This document shows positions 23,860 through 34,328 of a stretch of DNA of 64,000 nucleotides, one piece after another; position 1 is the first letter of the stretch; the number at the start of each line of letters is the position of its first letter. The position numbers and the translations under genes were made by a program. The stretch is from contig CAVSXV010000013.1 in the NCBI GenBank assembly GCA_963731995.1, forward strand, positions 227,310 to 291,309, given 5' to 3'. Below the pieces are notes generated by a model. It searched no databases. It saw only the letters and a list, made by a program, of their open reading frames with translations, and was not told the DNA's origin. This stretch comes from an uncultured Chloroflexia bacterium (GTDB taxonomy: Bacteria > Chloroflexota > Limnocylindria > Limnocylindrales > CSP1-4).

Positions 23860-26013
23860 CTACGTGCGGGGAAGGGTACGCCCTCCATCGACCAGGAAAT
23901 GGACGAACCAGTCACTGATGCGCTCGACGTTCTCGATCCGCCGGAACGGGGCGCCGCTGCGGGTGAGCTCGTGGCTCTCCCCTGGCGTGCGCATCAGGCG
24001 CACCGGTCGACGCAGCGAACGAAGCACGCTGAAGAGCTGCTCGGCCTGGGTGATCGGGCAACGCAGGTCCTGCTCCGCGTGCTGGATGAGCAACGGCGTG
24101 TGGATGTCAGCTGCGTAGGTCAGTGGGCTCATCTCACGGTAGAGCTCGGGGTCCGACCAGGGCTGGGCGTCGAGCTCATAGTGGCCGAAGATCGGGCCGC
24201 CAAGGTCGCCGCTGGTCATCTCCACGGCCATGTCATACACGCCACGGCAGGCCACCGCGGCCTTGTAGCGATCGCTGTGCGAGATCATCCAGGCGGTGAG
24301 ATAGCCACCGTAGGAGCCACCGGTGACGCCGACCCGCTCTGGGTCGATCGAGCCCGTGGCCGCCAGCTTGTCCAGCCCGGCCTCGATGTCCGCCTGCGGA
24401 CCCGGGCCCCAGTCGCGGAAGTTGCCCGCCGCCAGCGCCTGGCCGTAGCCGGTCGAGCCGCGCGGGTTGCAGGCAAAGACGCTCAGTCCGCGAGCGACGA
24501 GCACCTGCCATTCCCACATCAGTGAGAAGCCATAGAGGGTGGCCGGGCCACCGTGGATCTCCACGACCACCGGTGCCGGCTTCCCGCGCCGTACCGGCGC
24601 CTCGTAGAACCAGCCCTGGATGCGGCGGCCGTCCACCTTGGCCCAGATGACCGTGGGTGCCACGATCTCGATGCCCTTCCAGGCCTCGCCCATGAGGTCG
24701 GTCAGTCGGCGCAGGCCCCTGGACTTGACCGGCGAGACCGGGGTCTTGCCGGAGGCCGGCACATCGAAGGCGAAGATGTCGGGCGGGGTGGTGGCCGTGC
24801 CCCCGATGACGGCGGCCACCAAACCTGGGCCGGCCGCTGCGATCGACGGACGCACGAGCATGTGCTGGCCCCTGGTCAGCCGCTCCACGCGTGAGTCCTC
24901 GAGGCGCACGCGCCACAGCTCGTACGAGCCCTCGGTGGGCGCGCTGAAGTAGAGCTCGGCGCCATCGGGCGACCACTGCACGCCCGCGGATGGAGCGCTG
25001 TAGAGGTCGCTGTTCATGGCCGCATCGACGAAGAGGTCGGCCTCCGCGGTCAGGTTGCGGCCCTTCTGCATGGCTCGCGGGCGGAAGACGCAGACATCCT
25101 CACGGGTGGGGTTGCCCGACTCCATGCGGTGGCCCACCGCGGCCAAGAGCTTGCCGTCGGGGCTCCATGCCGGCTGGCCGAAGGCCCGCTCCTCGCCGGC
25201 CGTGACCCGCACCGGCTTGCCACCGTCAGCATCGACGAGGTAGAGGTCGGATCGCCAGGCCAGGTCAGCGTCCCGGCCCCGGTCGGCAGCGAAGGCGATG
25301 TGCCTGCCATCGGGGCTCCAGGCCGGCTGGTGGTCGACGCTGCGGCCGGAGGTCAGGCGACGGACGGCGCCATCGGCGACCTCGACCAGCCACAGGTTGG
25401 ACTTGTGCTCGTAGATGAAGCCGGCGCCGTTGTGCTGGTAGCTGAGCTCGTCGATGAGGCGCACGTCACGCCGGGGTGCCGCCGGGTCGACGGCCTCGGG
25501 TTCGGCTCGCGCCGACGAGGTCGCGGCTGAGACCAGGCACAGGCGCACCCCGTCGGGGCTCCAGGCAAGGTCGGTGACATCCTCAGGCAGGTCGGTCAGG
25601 GGCTGCGCTTCGCCACCCGCCAGTGGCAGCAGCCAGACCTGCATCGTCCCCTGCGGCAGGTCTCGGCCGACCGCGTCCTTGAGCCCGGTCGCTGGCGCCG
25701 AGGCGAGCTTGAGGTCGGCGCTGTCACGGGCGGCACCACCCGCGCGCAGCACCGCGCCCCGGTCGCTCAGGAAGGCCAGGAAGCGGCCATCGGGGCTCCA
25801 GCATGGGGTGTGGTCGTGATTGGCGCCCAGGGTCAGCGGTCGAGGGTCCTCGGAGCCGTCGGTGGGGACGATCCAGAGTGCGCTGCGGTAGCCGGCCAGA
25901 TCGGGCGCGGGCTCCTTGACCACGAAACAGACGGCGCGCCCGTCAGGCGACAGGCGCAGGTCGGTCGGGACGCGCAACGACGCGAGGTCCGCAGCGGCTG
26001 GCTTCCTGGGCAT
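23860..26013 (-). CDS. S9 family serine peptidase (beta-propeller plus prolyl oligopeptidase/acylaminoacyl-peptidase domain)
   Basis: Repeated SPDG propeller blades. GVTGGSYGGYL nucleophile elbow. 717 aa. Confidence 0.85.
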   Translation of the reverse strand: MPRKPAAADLASLRVPTDLRLSPDGRAVCFVVKEPAPDLAGYRSALWIVPTDGSEDPRPLTLGANHDHTPCWSPDGRFLAFLSDRGAVLRAGGAARDSADLKLASAPATGLKDAVGRDLPQGTMQVWLLPLAGGEAQPLTDLPEDVTDLAWSPDGVRLCLVSAATSSARAEPEAVDPAAPRRDVRLIDELSYQHNGAGFIYEHKSNLWLVEVADGAVRRLTSGRSVDHQPAWSPDGRHIAFAADRGRDADLAWRSDLYLVDADGGKPVRVTAGEERAFGQPAWSPDGKLLAAVGHRMESGNPTREDVCVFRPRAMQKGRNLTAEADLFVDAAMNSDLYSAPSAGVQWSPDGAELYFSAPTEGSYELWRVRLEDSRVERLTRGQHMLVRPSIAAAGPGLVAAVIGGTATTPPDIFAFDVPASGKTPVSPVKSRGLRRLTDLMGEAWKGIEIVAPTVIWAKVDGRRIQGWFYEAPVRRGKPAPVVVEIHGGPATLYGFSLMWEWQVLVARGLSVFACNPRGSTGYGQALAAGNFRDWGPGPQADIEAGLDKLAATGSIDPERVGVTGGSYGGYLTAWMISHSDRYKAAVACRGVYDMAVEMTSGDLGGPIFGHYELDAQPWSDPELYREMSPLTYAADIHTPLLIQHAEQDLRCPITQAEQLFSVLRSLRRPVRLMRTPGESHELTRSGAPFRRIENVERISDWFVHFLVDGGRTLPRT

Positions 26014-26022
26014 GAAACGAGT

Positions 26023-27246
26023 CTAGGCCGGTTCGCGCCAGACCGGACAGGTCATGCAGTGACCGCCGCCACGGCCGCGCCCAAGCTCCGAGCCGTTGAT
26101 CTCGATGACGCTCACGCCGGCGCCGCGCAACCGGGCGTTGGTGTACTCGTTGCGGTCGTAGGCCACGACCACGCCCGGCTCGAGCGCTACCACGTTGTTG
26201 CCGTCGTCCCACTGCTCGCGTTCCTGGACGTAGGCGTTGCCACCGGTGGGGATCGTGCGCAACTCGGCGAGGCCCAGGGCCTCACGCACGGTCTCCAGCC
26301 AGCCCTGCCGCTCGACGGTGACCTCGAGGTCGTGCTCGCCAGGTCGGTAGCTGATGGGCTGGATGGCCTCGACCGCGGGCGCATAGATGGTGACGAGGTC
26401 GCGGTCACAGAAGCTGAAGATGGTGTCGAGGTGCATGGAGGCTCGCTCGGCGGGCATCTTGGCCGCGATGATGCGCTCGGCCGCGCCGGCCTCGAAGAGC
26501 CTCAGCGCCAGCTGGCTGACGGCCTGGTAGGTGGTCCGGTCGCCCATGCCCACGAGCACCACGCCCTGCCCCACCGGCATGATGTCACCGCCCTCGAGCG
26601 TGGCGCTTCCACGGTAGCCGTCGTCGAGGTCACCCCACCACACCCGGAAGTCGCCGTCGCGGAACTGGGGGTGGAACTTGTAGATGGCCGCGAGGTGAAG
26701 CGACTCCGGTCGGCGGGCCGGCCGAGCCATCGGATTGATGGTCACGCCACCGTAGATCCAGGCCGAGCTGTCGCGGGCGAAGAGCTGGTTGGGCAGCGGC
26801 GTCAGCACGAAGTCCGAGGGCGAGTAGGCCTGCTCCAGCCAGTGCCGGAACTCATCGGGCAGCTCATCCACGGCCACGCCGCCGATGAGGTGGCTCACCA
26901 GGGCGGCCGAATCGAGCTCGTCCATCCAGGCGCGCAGCTCGGTCACACCGCGCACACCGATCTCGTCGGGGACCAGCTTGCGGTCGAGCACGAAGGCCCG
27001 TCCCGCGGGGTCGTCGACCACGGCCTTGAGCAGCTCGTGAACGCGATAGACGGTGATCCCGAAGTCATCGCGCATGAGCTGGACGAACTCGTCGTGGTGG
27101 GCCCGCGCCTTGCGTGTCCAGATGACGTCGTCGAAGAGCAGCTCGGCCGCGTTGCTGGGCGTGAGCCGGCGCATCTCGAGTCCCGGGCGATGGACGATGA
27201 CCTTGCGCAGCCGGCCGACCTCGGACCAGGCCCCGAACTCGCTCAC
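26023..27246 (-). CDS. arcA: arginine deiminase
   Basis: [30 protein letters not shown] with the C-terminal catalytic Cys. Confidence 0.9.
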   Translation of the reverse strand: MSEFGAWSEVGRLRKVIVHRPGLEMRRLTPSNAAELLFDDVIWTRKARAHHDEFVQLMRDDFGITVYRVHELLKAVVDDPAGRAFVLDRKLVPDEIGVRGVTELRAWMDELDSAALVSHLIGGVAVDELPDEFRHWLEQAYSPSDFVLTPLPNQLFARDSSAWIYGGVTINPMARPARRPESLHLAAIYKFHPQFRDGDFRVWWGDLDDGYRGSATLEGGDIMPVGQGVVLVGMGDRTTYQAVSQLALRLFEAGAAERIIAAKMPAERASMHLDTIFSFCDRDLVTIYAPAVEAIQPISYRPGEHDLEVTVERQGWLETVREALGLAELRTIPTGGNAYVQEREQWDDGNNVVALEPGVVVAYDRNEYTNARLRGAGVSVIEINGSELGRGRGGGHCMTCPVWREPA

Positions 27247-27270
27247 GCGGTCCTCCTCGTGGCCTGGCGT

Positions 27271-28275
27271 CTAGGAGCCGAGCGTGGCCACCATCACGGC
27301 CTTGATCGTGTGCATGCGGTTCTCGGCCTGGTCGAAGACGATGCTCGCGGGTGACTCGAAGACCTCGTGACTGACCTCGAGGCCATCGGGCATGTCGGTG
27401 GCGGCCATGACCTCGCCGCCCACGGTCGTGCCGGCATCGTGGAAGGCTGGCAGGCAGTGCATGAACCTGACGTCAGCGTTGCCGGTTCGCTCCATCAGCG
27501 AGGCGTTGACCTGGTAGTCGCGCAGCAGCTCCACGCGCTGGTTCCAGACCTCCGCCGCCTCGCCCATCGAGACCCACACATCGGTATGGATGAAGTCGAC
27601 CCCGGCGACACCCTCGTCGATGTCGTCGGTGATGGTGATGGTGGCGCCGGTATCGGCCGCGATCTCACGGGCCAGCGAGACCACCTCCGCCGGTGGCGCC
27701 AGCTCAGCCGGGCCGACCATGCGCACGTCGCTGCCCATGAGCGCTCCGGTGACCAGCAGCGAGCGGCCCATGTTGAAGCGCTGGTCGCCCACGAAGGCGA
27801 ACCGCAGCTGGCCGTACTCCTTGCCGCTGTGCTCGCCCATGGTCAGGAAGTCCGCCAGCATCTGCGTCGGATGCCATTCATCGGTGAGGCCGTTGTAGAC
27901 CGGCACGTTGGCAAAGGCGGCCAGCGTCTCGACCGTCTGCTGGCTCTTGCCCCGGTACTCGAGCGCGTCGTAGTAGCGACCCAGCACGCGAGCCGTGTCC
28001 TCGGTCGACTCCTTGTGGCCCATCTGCGAGCCGGACGGATCGAGGTAGGTCACGTGCGCGCCCTGGTCGAACGAGGCCACCTCGAAGGCACAGCGCGTAC
28101 GCGTCGAGGTCTTCTCGAAGATGAGGCCGATGTTCTTGCCCACCAGGCGCGGCTGCTCGGTGCCCGCGTACTTCGCTGCTTTGAGATCGGCCGAGAGCTT
28201 CAACAGGTAGCGCAGCTCGGACGGGCTGAAGTCGATCTCCTTGACGAAGCTGCGGTTGCGCAGGTTGTAGGGCAC
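27271..28275 (-). CDS. arcB: ornithine carbamoyltransferase (catabolic context)
   Basis: [27 protein letters not shown]. Confidence 0.9.
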   Translation of the reverse strand: MPYNLRNRSFVKEIDFSPSELRYLLKLSADLKAAKYAGTEQPRLVGKNIGLIFEKTSTRTRCAFEVASFDQGAHVTYLDPSGSQMGHKESTEDTARVLGRYYDALEYRGKSQQTVETLAAFANVPVYNGLTDEWHPTQMLADFLTMGEHSGKEYGQLRFAFVGDQRFNMGRSLLVTGALMGSDVRMVGPAELAPPAEVVSLAREIAADTGATITITDDIDEGVAGVDFIHTDVWVSMGEAAEVWNQRVELLRDYQVNASLMERTGNADVRFMHCLPAFHDAGTTVGGEVMAATDMPDGLEVSHEVFESPASIVFDQAENRMHTIKAVMVATLGS

Positions 28276-28329
28276 GGGTGGATCTCCTGTCGAAGGAACG
28301 GCCGCCTCGCGGGCGCGTGGTGAGTGGGG

Positions 28330-29295
28330 CTAACGGTAGGTGATGCCGTCGAACTCGGTCGAGACGATGGTCCCGGCGCGGCCCTTGAGCATCTCGTCGA
28401 TGTCGGTCAGTCCACCGATGGCGGCGCGCCTGCCGGGGGTGGCCGTGGCGAACTCGCAGGCCGCCTGGACCTTGGGCAGCATGGACCCTGCCGCGAAGTG
28501 GCTTGACAGCTCCAGCAACGCATCGGGATGGGCATGGGCCACGGCCCGCTGTTCGGGCTTGGCCCAGTCGACGTAGGCCGCATCCGCATCGGTGGCCATC
28601 ACGAAGTAGTCGGCCTCGATGCCCGCCGAGAGCAGGGCCGAGGCATGGTCCTTGTCGATGACAGCCTCCACGCCGACCAGCTGCTTCTCGGGACCGTACG
28701 GCGTCGGCTCGGGACGGTCCACGTACATCACCGGGATGCCGCCGCCGCCGGCGCAGATGACGATGGAACCCTGCTCCAGGAGCCAGCGGATCTGGCGCAG
28801 CTCGAAGATCCGTCGTGGCTTGGGTGAGGCCACCACCCGGCGCATGTAGTCGCCATCGGCCTTGAACACCCAGCCCCGCTGCTTGGCCATGGAGCCAGCC
28901 AATTCCTTGTCGTAGATGGGCCCGATGGGCTTGGAGGGCTCAGCGAACGCAGGATCGGCCGGGTCGACCTCGATCATCGTCAGCAGCGTCGCGACCGGGC
29001 GCTCGAAGGGCACCAGGTTGCCCAGCTCCTGTTCCACGAGATACCCGATCATGCCCTGGGTCTCGGCACCGAGGACATCAAGCGGGTACGTCGGCACCTC
29101 CTTGTAGGCCGCGCCCTGGAGCGCCAGGAGGCCGACCTGCGGGCCGTTGCCGTGAGCCACCACCAGCTCGTTCTCCTGGGCCACCGAAGCCAGCTGCTCC
29201 GAAGCGGTCCTGACGTTCGTCCGCTGGTTCTCGGCCGTCATGGCCTGACCGCGGCGCAACAGCGCATTCCCTCCAAGGGCGACGACGACTCTCAT
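28330..29295 (-). CDS. arcC: carbamate kinase
   Basis: [34 protein letters not shown]. Confidence 0.9.
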   Translation of the reverse strand: MRVVVALGGNALLRRGQAMTAENQRTNVRTASEQLASVAQENELVVAHGNGPQVGLLALQGAAYKEVPTYPLDVLGAETQGMIGYLVEQELGNLVPFERPVATLLTMIEVDPADPAFAEPSKPIGPIYDKELAGSMAKQRGWVFKADGDYMRRVVASPKPRRIFELRQIRWLLEQGSIVICAGGGGIPVMYVDRPEPTPYGPEKQLVGVEAVIDKDHASALLSAGIEADYFVMATDADAAYVDWAKPEQRAVAHAHPDALLELSSHFAAGSMLPKVQAACEFATATPGRRAAIGGLTDIDEMLKGRAGTIVSTEFDGITYR

Positions 29296-29492
29296 CTCTC
29301 ACTCACCTCCACTCGTGACCACGCCGGCGGCGAGCCGCATGTGGTACGCGGGCCACGGGCGGGCCGACCGGCGGTCTGGGCCAGCGGCGCGGGCGTCGGG
29401 ATCTCGAGCGCGGCCTCGCCGAACGTCGAAGGTACCACGCTGGCCAGTAGCTCCAATGGGAGGATGCGCGCCGCTGTGGCACAGTCCCCTGC

Positions 29493-29864
29493 ATGACCAC
29501 CGACCTCCGCGGCGACGCCATCAAGCCCACCGACATCCACGCTGACCGGCCCGCCCGCCGGCTCACCATCGACTGGGCTGACGGCCACCAGAGCGCCTTC
29601 GACCTGACCGCGCTGCGCTGGCTCTGCCCCTGCGCCTTCTGCCGGGGTGAGGCCGGACAACCCGGCTGGCTCGACTCCGAGCCCACGCTCAGCGACGAGC
29701 AGGTGGAGCTGGCGGACATGTCGCTCACCGGCAACTACGCCCTGCAGCCGGTGTGGGCTGACGGGCACAGCAGCGGCTTCTACTCGTTCGAGCACCTGCG
29801 CCGGAACTGCCCGTGCCCCGACGACAGCGCGCGTCGCCTCGCGGAGGATGCCGAACGGCCCTGA
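29493..29864 (+). CDS. DUF971 family protein (gamma-butyrobetaine hydroxylase N-terminal-like)
   Basis: RRLTIDWADGHQSAFDLTALRWLCPCAFC..GNYALQPVWADGHSSGFYSFEHLRRNCPC. Confidence 0.75.
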   Translation: MTTDLRGDAIKPTDIHADRPARRLTIDWADGHQSAFDLTALRWLCPCAFCRGEAGQPGWLDSEPTLSDEQVELADMSLTGNYALQPVWADGHSSGFYSFEHLRRNCPCPDDSARRLAEDAERP

Positions 29865-29877
29865 TAGCATCGGGTCT

Positions 29878-31983
29878 GTGACGACCTCCGATCCAGCACG
29901 CCCTCGAGGTATCCGGCGCAAGTCCCGCGAGCCCAGCTTCCCCTTCATCACGCGGGAGCTCAGCTGGCTCGACTTCAACGAGCGTGTCCTCTACCAGGCG
30001 GAGGACGAGCGCAATCCGCTGCTCGAACGCGTCCGCTTCCTGTCGATCTTCACGAGCAACCTCGACGAGTTCTTCCAGGTGCGCGTCTCAGGTCTGATGC
30101 AGCAGGTGGCCGCGGGCCACTCCCGGCCCACGCCCGACGGACTCTCGGCCAGCCAGAAGCTCGATCGCATCCGTGGGCGCGTGCTGCAGCTGCAGGCCCA
30201 GCACTCCGACACCTGGGACCGCGTCCGCGAGGAGCTGGCGGAAGAGAAGATCCGCATCATCGCGCCGGAGGAATGGGTACGCCATACCGAGCTGCGTGAA
30301 CGCTTCATCGACGAGATCTTCCCGGTGCTGACGCCGCTCGCGGTGGACCCCTCGCATCCGTTCCCCTACATCAGCGACCTCTCGTTGTCGCTGGCCGTGA
30401 CGGTCCGTGACCCGGCCACCGGAGAGCGCCGCTTCGCGCGCGTCAAGGTGCCCCCGGTACTGCCGCGCCTGTGGGAGGTCGCACCACGAACGTACGTCCT
30501 GCTGGAGCGCATCATCGCGGCCAACATGGGCGTCCTCTTCCCGGGCATGGAGGTGGAGTCGCACTTCCTCTTCCGCGTCACCCGCAACGCCGATCTCGAC
30601 ATCGAGGAGGACGAGGCCGACGACCTGCTCCTGGCCATGGAGGAGGAGCTGCGCCGGCGACGCTTCGGGGCGGTCGTGCGCCTGGAGGTCGAGCGTTCCA
30701 TGCCGCACGAGACGCGAGCGCTGCTCCAGCGTGGCCTGGGCCTCGATCCAGCCAACGTCTACGAGATCCGGGGCATGCTCGATCTGCGCGGCCTCGAGAC
30801 CATCGCCAACCTCGACATCCCCGAGCTGCAGCCGGAGCCGTGGAAGGCGGTCACGCCGCCGCGGCTGACGCTGCGCGAGGACGAAGAGGAGCAGGGAGTC
30901 GACACCTTCGCCCGCATCCGTGAGGGCGACATCCTCCTGCATCACCCCTACGAGTCGTTCAGCAACTCCGTCCAGCGGCTCATCCAGCGGGCCGCGGATG
31001 ACCCGGACGTGCTGACCATCAAGATGACGCTGTACCGCACCAGCGGCGACTCGCCCATCGTGCAAGCGCTCATCCGCGCCGCGGAGAGTGGCAAGCAGGT
31101 GGTCGTGCTGGTGGAGATCAAGGCCCGCTTCGACGAGCGCGCCAACATCGTCTGGGCCAAGGCCCTGGAGCGGGCCGGCGCCCACGTGGCCTATGGCCTG
31201 CTGGGCCTCAAGACCCACTCCAAGTGCGCGCTCATCATCCGCCGCGAGTCGGGCGGCCTGCGCCGCTATGCCCACATCGGTACCGGCAACTACAACCACA
31301 AGACGGCACGCATCTACACGGACCTGGGCCTGCTCACCGCCGACCGGGTCATCACCGCCGACGTGACCGACCTGTTCAACGTGCTCACCGGCGTCGGCAA
31401 GAAGGACCACTACAAGGAGCTGCTGGTCGCACCCAAGTCCATGCGCCCCGGGCTCGAGGACCTCATCGACGGCGAGATCGAGCGGCATCGAGAGCATGGC
31501 GACGGACGCATCATCATCAAGTGCAACGCCTGCGTGGATCCACCGATGATCCAGAGGCTGTACGCGGCCAGCGGGGCCGGTGTGCCGATCGACCTCATCG
31601 TGCGCGGCATGTGCTCCCTGCAGCCGGGCGTGCCCGGGTTCAGCGAATCCATCCAGGTGCGCTCGATCGTGGGCCGCTATCTCGAGCACTCACGCATCTT
31701 CGTCTTCGGCCAGGGTGACCGCGAGCGCTACTTCATCGGCTCGGCCGACCTGATGGAACGCAACCTCGACCGTCGCGTCGAGGCCATCACCCCGGTCAAG
31801 GACCCCGAACTCGCGGCGCGGCTGCGCGAGATGCTGGAGATCATGCGCCGTGACGACCGGCGTGCCTGGACCCTGGGCCAGGACGCCGAGTGGACCCGCG
31901 TCGAGACGACCATCGAGGGCCCGCCCACGACGGACACGTTCGAGGCGCTGATGGCCCGTGCGGTGGAGAGCGCATCCTCGTGA
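29878..31983 (+). CDS. ppk: polyphosphate kinase 1
   Basis: RELSWLDFNERVL..LDEFFQVRV..GLKTHSKCALIIRRE..YLEHSRIFVFG. GTG 29878 is chosen. An in-frame ATG at 29848 is an alternative start. Confidence 0.9.
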   Translation: MTTSDPARPRGIRRKSREPSFPFITRELSWLDFNERVLYQAEDERNPLLERVRFLSIFTSNLDEFFQVRVSGLMQQVAAGHSRPTPDGLSASQKLDRIRGRVLQLQAQHSDTWDRVREELAEEKIRIIAPEEWVRHTELRERFIDEIFPVLTPLAVDPSHPFPYISDLSLSLAVTVRDPATGERRFARVKVPPVLPRLWEVAPRTYVLLERIIAANMGVLFPGMEVESHFLFRVTRNADLDIEEDEADDLLLAMEEELRRRRFGAVVRLEVERSMPHETRALLQRGLGLDPANVYEIRGMLDLRGLETIANLDIPELQPEPWKAVTPPRLTLREDEEEQGVDTFARIREGDILLHHPYESFSNSVQRLIQRAADDPDVLTIKMTLYRTSGDSPIVQALIRAAESGKQVVVLVEIKARFDERANIVWAKALERAGAHVAYGLLGLKTHSKCALIIRRESGGLRRYAHIGTGNYNHKTARIYTDLGLLTADRVITADVTDLFNVLTGVGKKDHYKELLVAPKSMRPGLEDLIDGEIERHREHGDGRIIIKCNACVDPPMIQRLYAASGAGVPIDLIVRGMCSLQPGVPGFSESIQVRSIVGRYLEHSRIFVFGQGDRERYFIGSADLMERNLDRRVEAITPVKDPELAARLREMLEIMRRDDRRAWTLGQDAEWTRVETTIEGPPTTDTFEALMARAVESASS

Positions 31984-33680
31984 CCGACACTCGCGACGGT
32001 GACCCGGCCGAGGGTGCACTGCCACCGGCCTCTGCCACCAGCCGTCCGAAGCCCGGCATCCCGCGCGAGGTCGAGCTCAAGTACCTCGTGCGCGACCTCG
32101 AAGCGCTACGTTCGTGGCTGGCTCGCGATTGGGGTGGTGCGCTCGACGGGGTGGAGTTCGGAGACGAGCGCACGGTCGAGGTCGAGGACCGCTATATCGA
32201 CACGGCATACGGCGCGCTCGGACGGGCCGGCTTCGGGGCACGACTGCGACGCGAGGACAATGGCCCCTACACCGTCACGGTCAAGTCCTCGTCGCACGAC
32301 CGTCCCGGCGAGGACGACGACGATCCTGAACCCACGGCGCTCTCGCAACGCGTCGAGGTCGAGGGCCCGGCGAACGAGCGCCTGGATCCTGACGGCTGGC
32401 CGTCGAGCGCAGCGCGCGAGCTGATCAACGAGGTCCGCGACGGCGCCCGGCTGCGAACACTCTTCACCATCAACCAGCGACGCGAGAAGAAGACGCTGGC
32501 GCTCGACGATGGAGCGGTACTGGTCGCTCTCGATCGTGTCTCGGTCTTCCGTGGCGCACGGCCCCTGGCCTCCTTCTCGGTCTTCGAGGTCGAGGTGGGC
32601 ACGGGCAGCGGCGCGAACCTGGTTCGTCTGGCCGAGCTCGTCGAGGCCACCGGCTACGTCTTGCCCGAGCCACGCTCCAAGGAGGAGATCGCCCGCCATT
32701 ACGTGGCCCAGGCGGCCGAGGATCCCAACCATCGCCTGCCGCGGGTACCGACCTCGCCGGGCATCAAGGCGGACGATCCGCTGGGAGCGGCCGGACGCAA
32801 GGTGCTGCGCATGCATCTCGCGCGCATGCTCCAATTCGAGGCCGGCACCCGCGCGGGCGACGATCCCGAGGATCTGCACAAGATGCGCGTGGCCACGCGC
32901 CGGATGCGTGCGGCCTGGCGTGTCTTCGATGGAGCCTACCGGCCCAAGGTCCAGCGCCGCTACGTGAGGGAGCTGCGCACGATCGCCCGCGTGCTCGGTG
33001 ACGTGCGCGATATCGACGTCCTGCTCGAAGACCTCGAGCGTTACATCGGCGACCTGCCTGCTCCCGGACGCGACGCCGTCGAGCCGTTGCGGGCGGCCTG
33101 GCGCCGGCAGCGCGAGCTCGCGCGAGCGCGATTGGTGGCCAAGCTCGACTCCAAGAGCTACCGCGAGTTCGTGGACGACTACCTGGACTTCACCGAATCA
33201 CCCGGCGCAGCGGAGATCCTGACCCCGCTGGGCCGCCCCAGCCTGGTGCGTGACACCGCGGGCTCACGCATCCTCTCGGCGTACGAGCACGTGCGCGCCT
33301 ACGACACCATCATCACCTGGGCTGACGTACGCACCCTGCATGCCCTGCGCATCGAATCCAAGCGCCTGCGCTACACCCTGGAGTACTTCAGCGAGGTCCT
33401 GCCGGTCTCCTCCCGCAAGCTCATCGTGCAGGTGACCGAGATGCAGGACCACCTGGGCTTGATGAACGACGCCGACGTGGCTGCGACAGCGACCCGCGAG
33501 TGGCTGAACCTGCATGCCCCGCACCTGCCCTCGACGTCGCGTGAGGCGGTCGGGCTCTACCTCGACTCGCGCGAGGCCAGCGTCGAGCAGCTGCGGCGCA
33601 GCTTCCGTCCGGTCTGGCGGCGGATGACCGGCATTCCCTTCCGCAAGGCGCTGGGCCTGGCCATCACGCAGATCGGCTAG
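31980..33680 (+). CDS. CYTH (triphosphate tunnel metalloenzyme) plus CHAD domain protein
   Basis: EVELKYLV (ExExK) with an N-terminal CYTH fold, then LHKMRVATRRMRAAWRVF and RIESKRLRYTLEYF (CHAD helices). GTG start overlaps the ppk stop (GTGA). Confidence 0.85.
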   Translation: MTDTRDGDPAEGALPPASATSRPKPGIPREVELKYLVRDLEALRSWLARDWGGALDGVEFGDERTVEVEDRYIDTAYGALGRAGFGARLRREDNGPYTVTVKSSSHDRPGEDDDDPEPTALSQRVEVEGPANERLDPDGWPSSAARELINEVRDGARLRTLFTINQRREKKTLALDDGAVLVALDRVSVFRGARPLASFSVFEVEVGTGSGANLVRLAELVEATGYVLPEPRSKEEIARHYVAQAAEDPNHRLPRVPTSPGIKADDPLGAAGRKVLRMHLARMLQFEAGTRAGDDPEDLHKMRVATRRMRAAWRVFDGAYRPKVQRRYVRELRTIARVLGDVRDIDVLLEDLERYIGDLPAPGRDAVEPLRAAWRRQRELARARLVAKLDSKSYREFVDDYLDFTESPGAAEILTPLGRPSLVRDTAGSRILSAYEHVRAYDTIITWADVRTLHALRIESKRLRYTLEYFSEVLPVSSRKLIVQVTEMQDHLGLMNDADVAATATREWLNLHAPHLPSTSREAVGLYLDSREASVEQLRRSFRPVWRRMTGIPFRKALGLAITQIG

Positions 33681-33695
33681 GGCTGCGTCGAGGGC

Positions 33696-34119
33696 CTATT
33701 CGGCTCTCTTGTCGGTCGCCGCCCTGGTCGCCGCCGGCTTCCTGGGCGCCGCGGGCTTGCCGGTGCTCGCGGGCTTGCCAGTGCGGGACGTGCTCGCCGG
33801 CTTCCTCCTGGTGGCAGGCTTCCGGGTGGTCGCCGGCTTCCTGGCCACCGGCTTGGTCCGCCGGCCCCGGCTTGGCGGCCTTGTCCTCCCCTTCGGCCTT
33901 GTCCTTCCCTTCAGCCTCGGACGTCGCGGTCTTCTCGACCTCTGCCAGCTGTGCCCGGATCTCATCGACGATGATCGACATCGCATCCACCCGCGCCTGG
34001 GCACGGTCACGCTTGGCGACCGCCTTGTCCAACCTGGCCTGTGCCTTGCGCAGCTGCTTCTGCAGCGACTTGGGCTTCTGCGCAGGCTTGTCCTTCGAGC
34101 CGCCCTTCTTCTTGGCCAT
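33696..34119 (-). CDS. basic coiled-coil / Lys-Pro-Ala-Thr-rich protein, apparently interrupted by a 1-nt frameshift
   Basis: ATG 34119 (AAAGGGA RBS) gives MAKKKGGSKDKPAQKPKSLQKQLRKAQARLDKAV..KAAKPG. After about 33865 the frame with the better GC3 switches and reads TKPVARKPATTRKPATRRKPAS..KPAAPRKPAAT, ending at TAG 33696. Confidence 0.5.
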
Positions 34120-34328
34120 GGTGTCCCTTTCATACCCGCGTACGGCGAGCCGCAATTGTACGGACTCCAAGCCCGTTCACGCGTTGCCAACGAACCAGCG
34201 ATCCCGGGTCATCGAGCGGACCGCGCGGTCCGGACATGCTCGGCATCAACGATGCAGCGACCGAACCCGAAGCAGCCGGCCCGGCTGCTCACGGTGCGGG
34301 GTCTCTGGTATCGCCTGGAGCAGACCCC

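Noticed and set aside
29477-29493. Sigma-54-like TGGCAC-N-CTGCA element directly before the DUF971 ATG.
   Set aside because: The GG/GC spacing is off by one relative to the -24/-12 consensus. It abuts the start codon, leaving no leader. The lineage suggested by gene content generally lacks RpoN.
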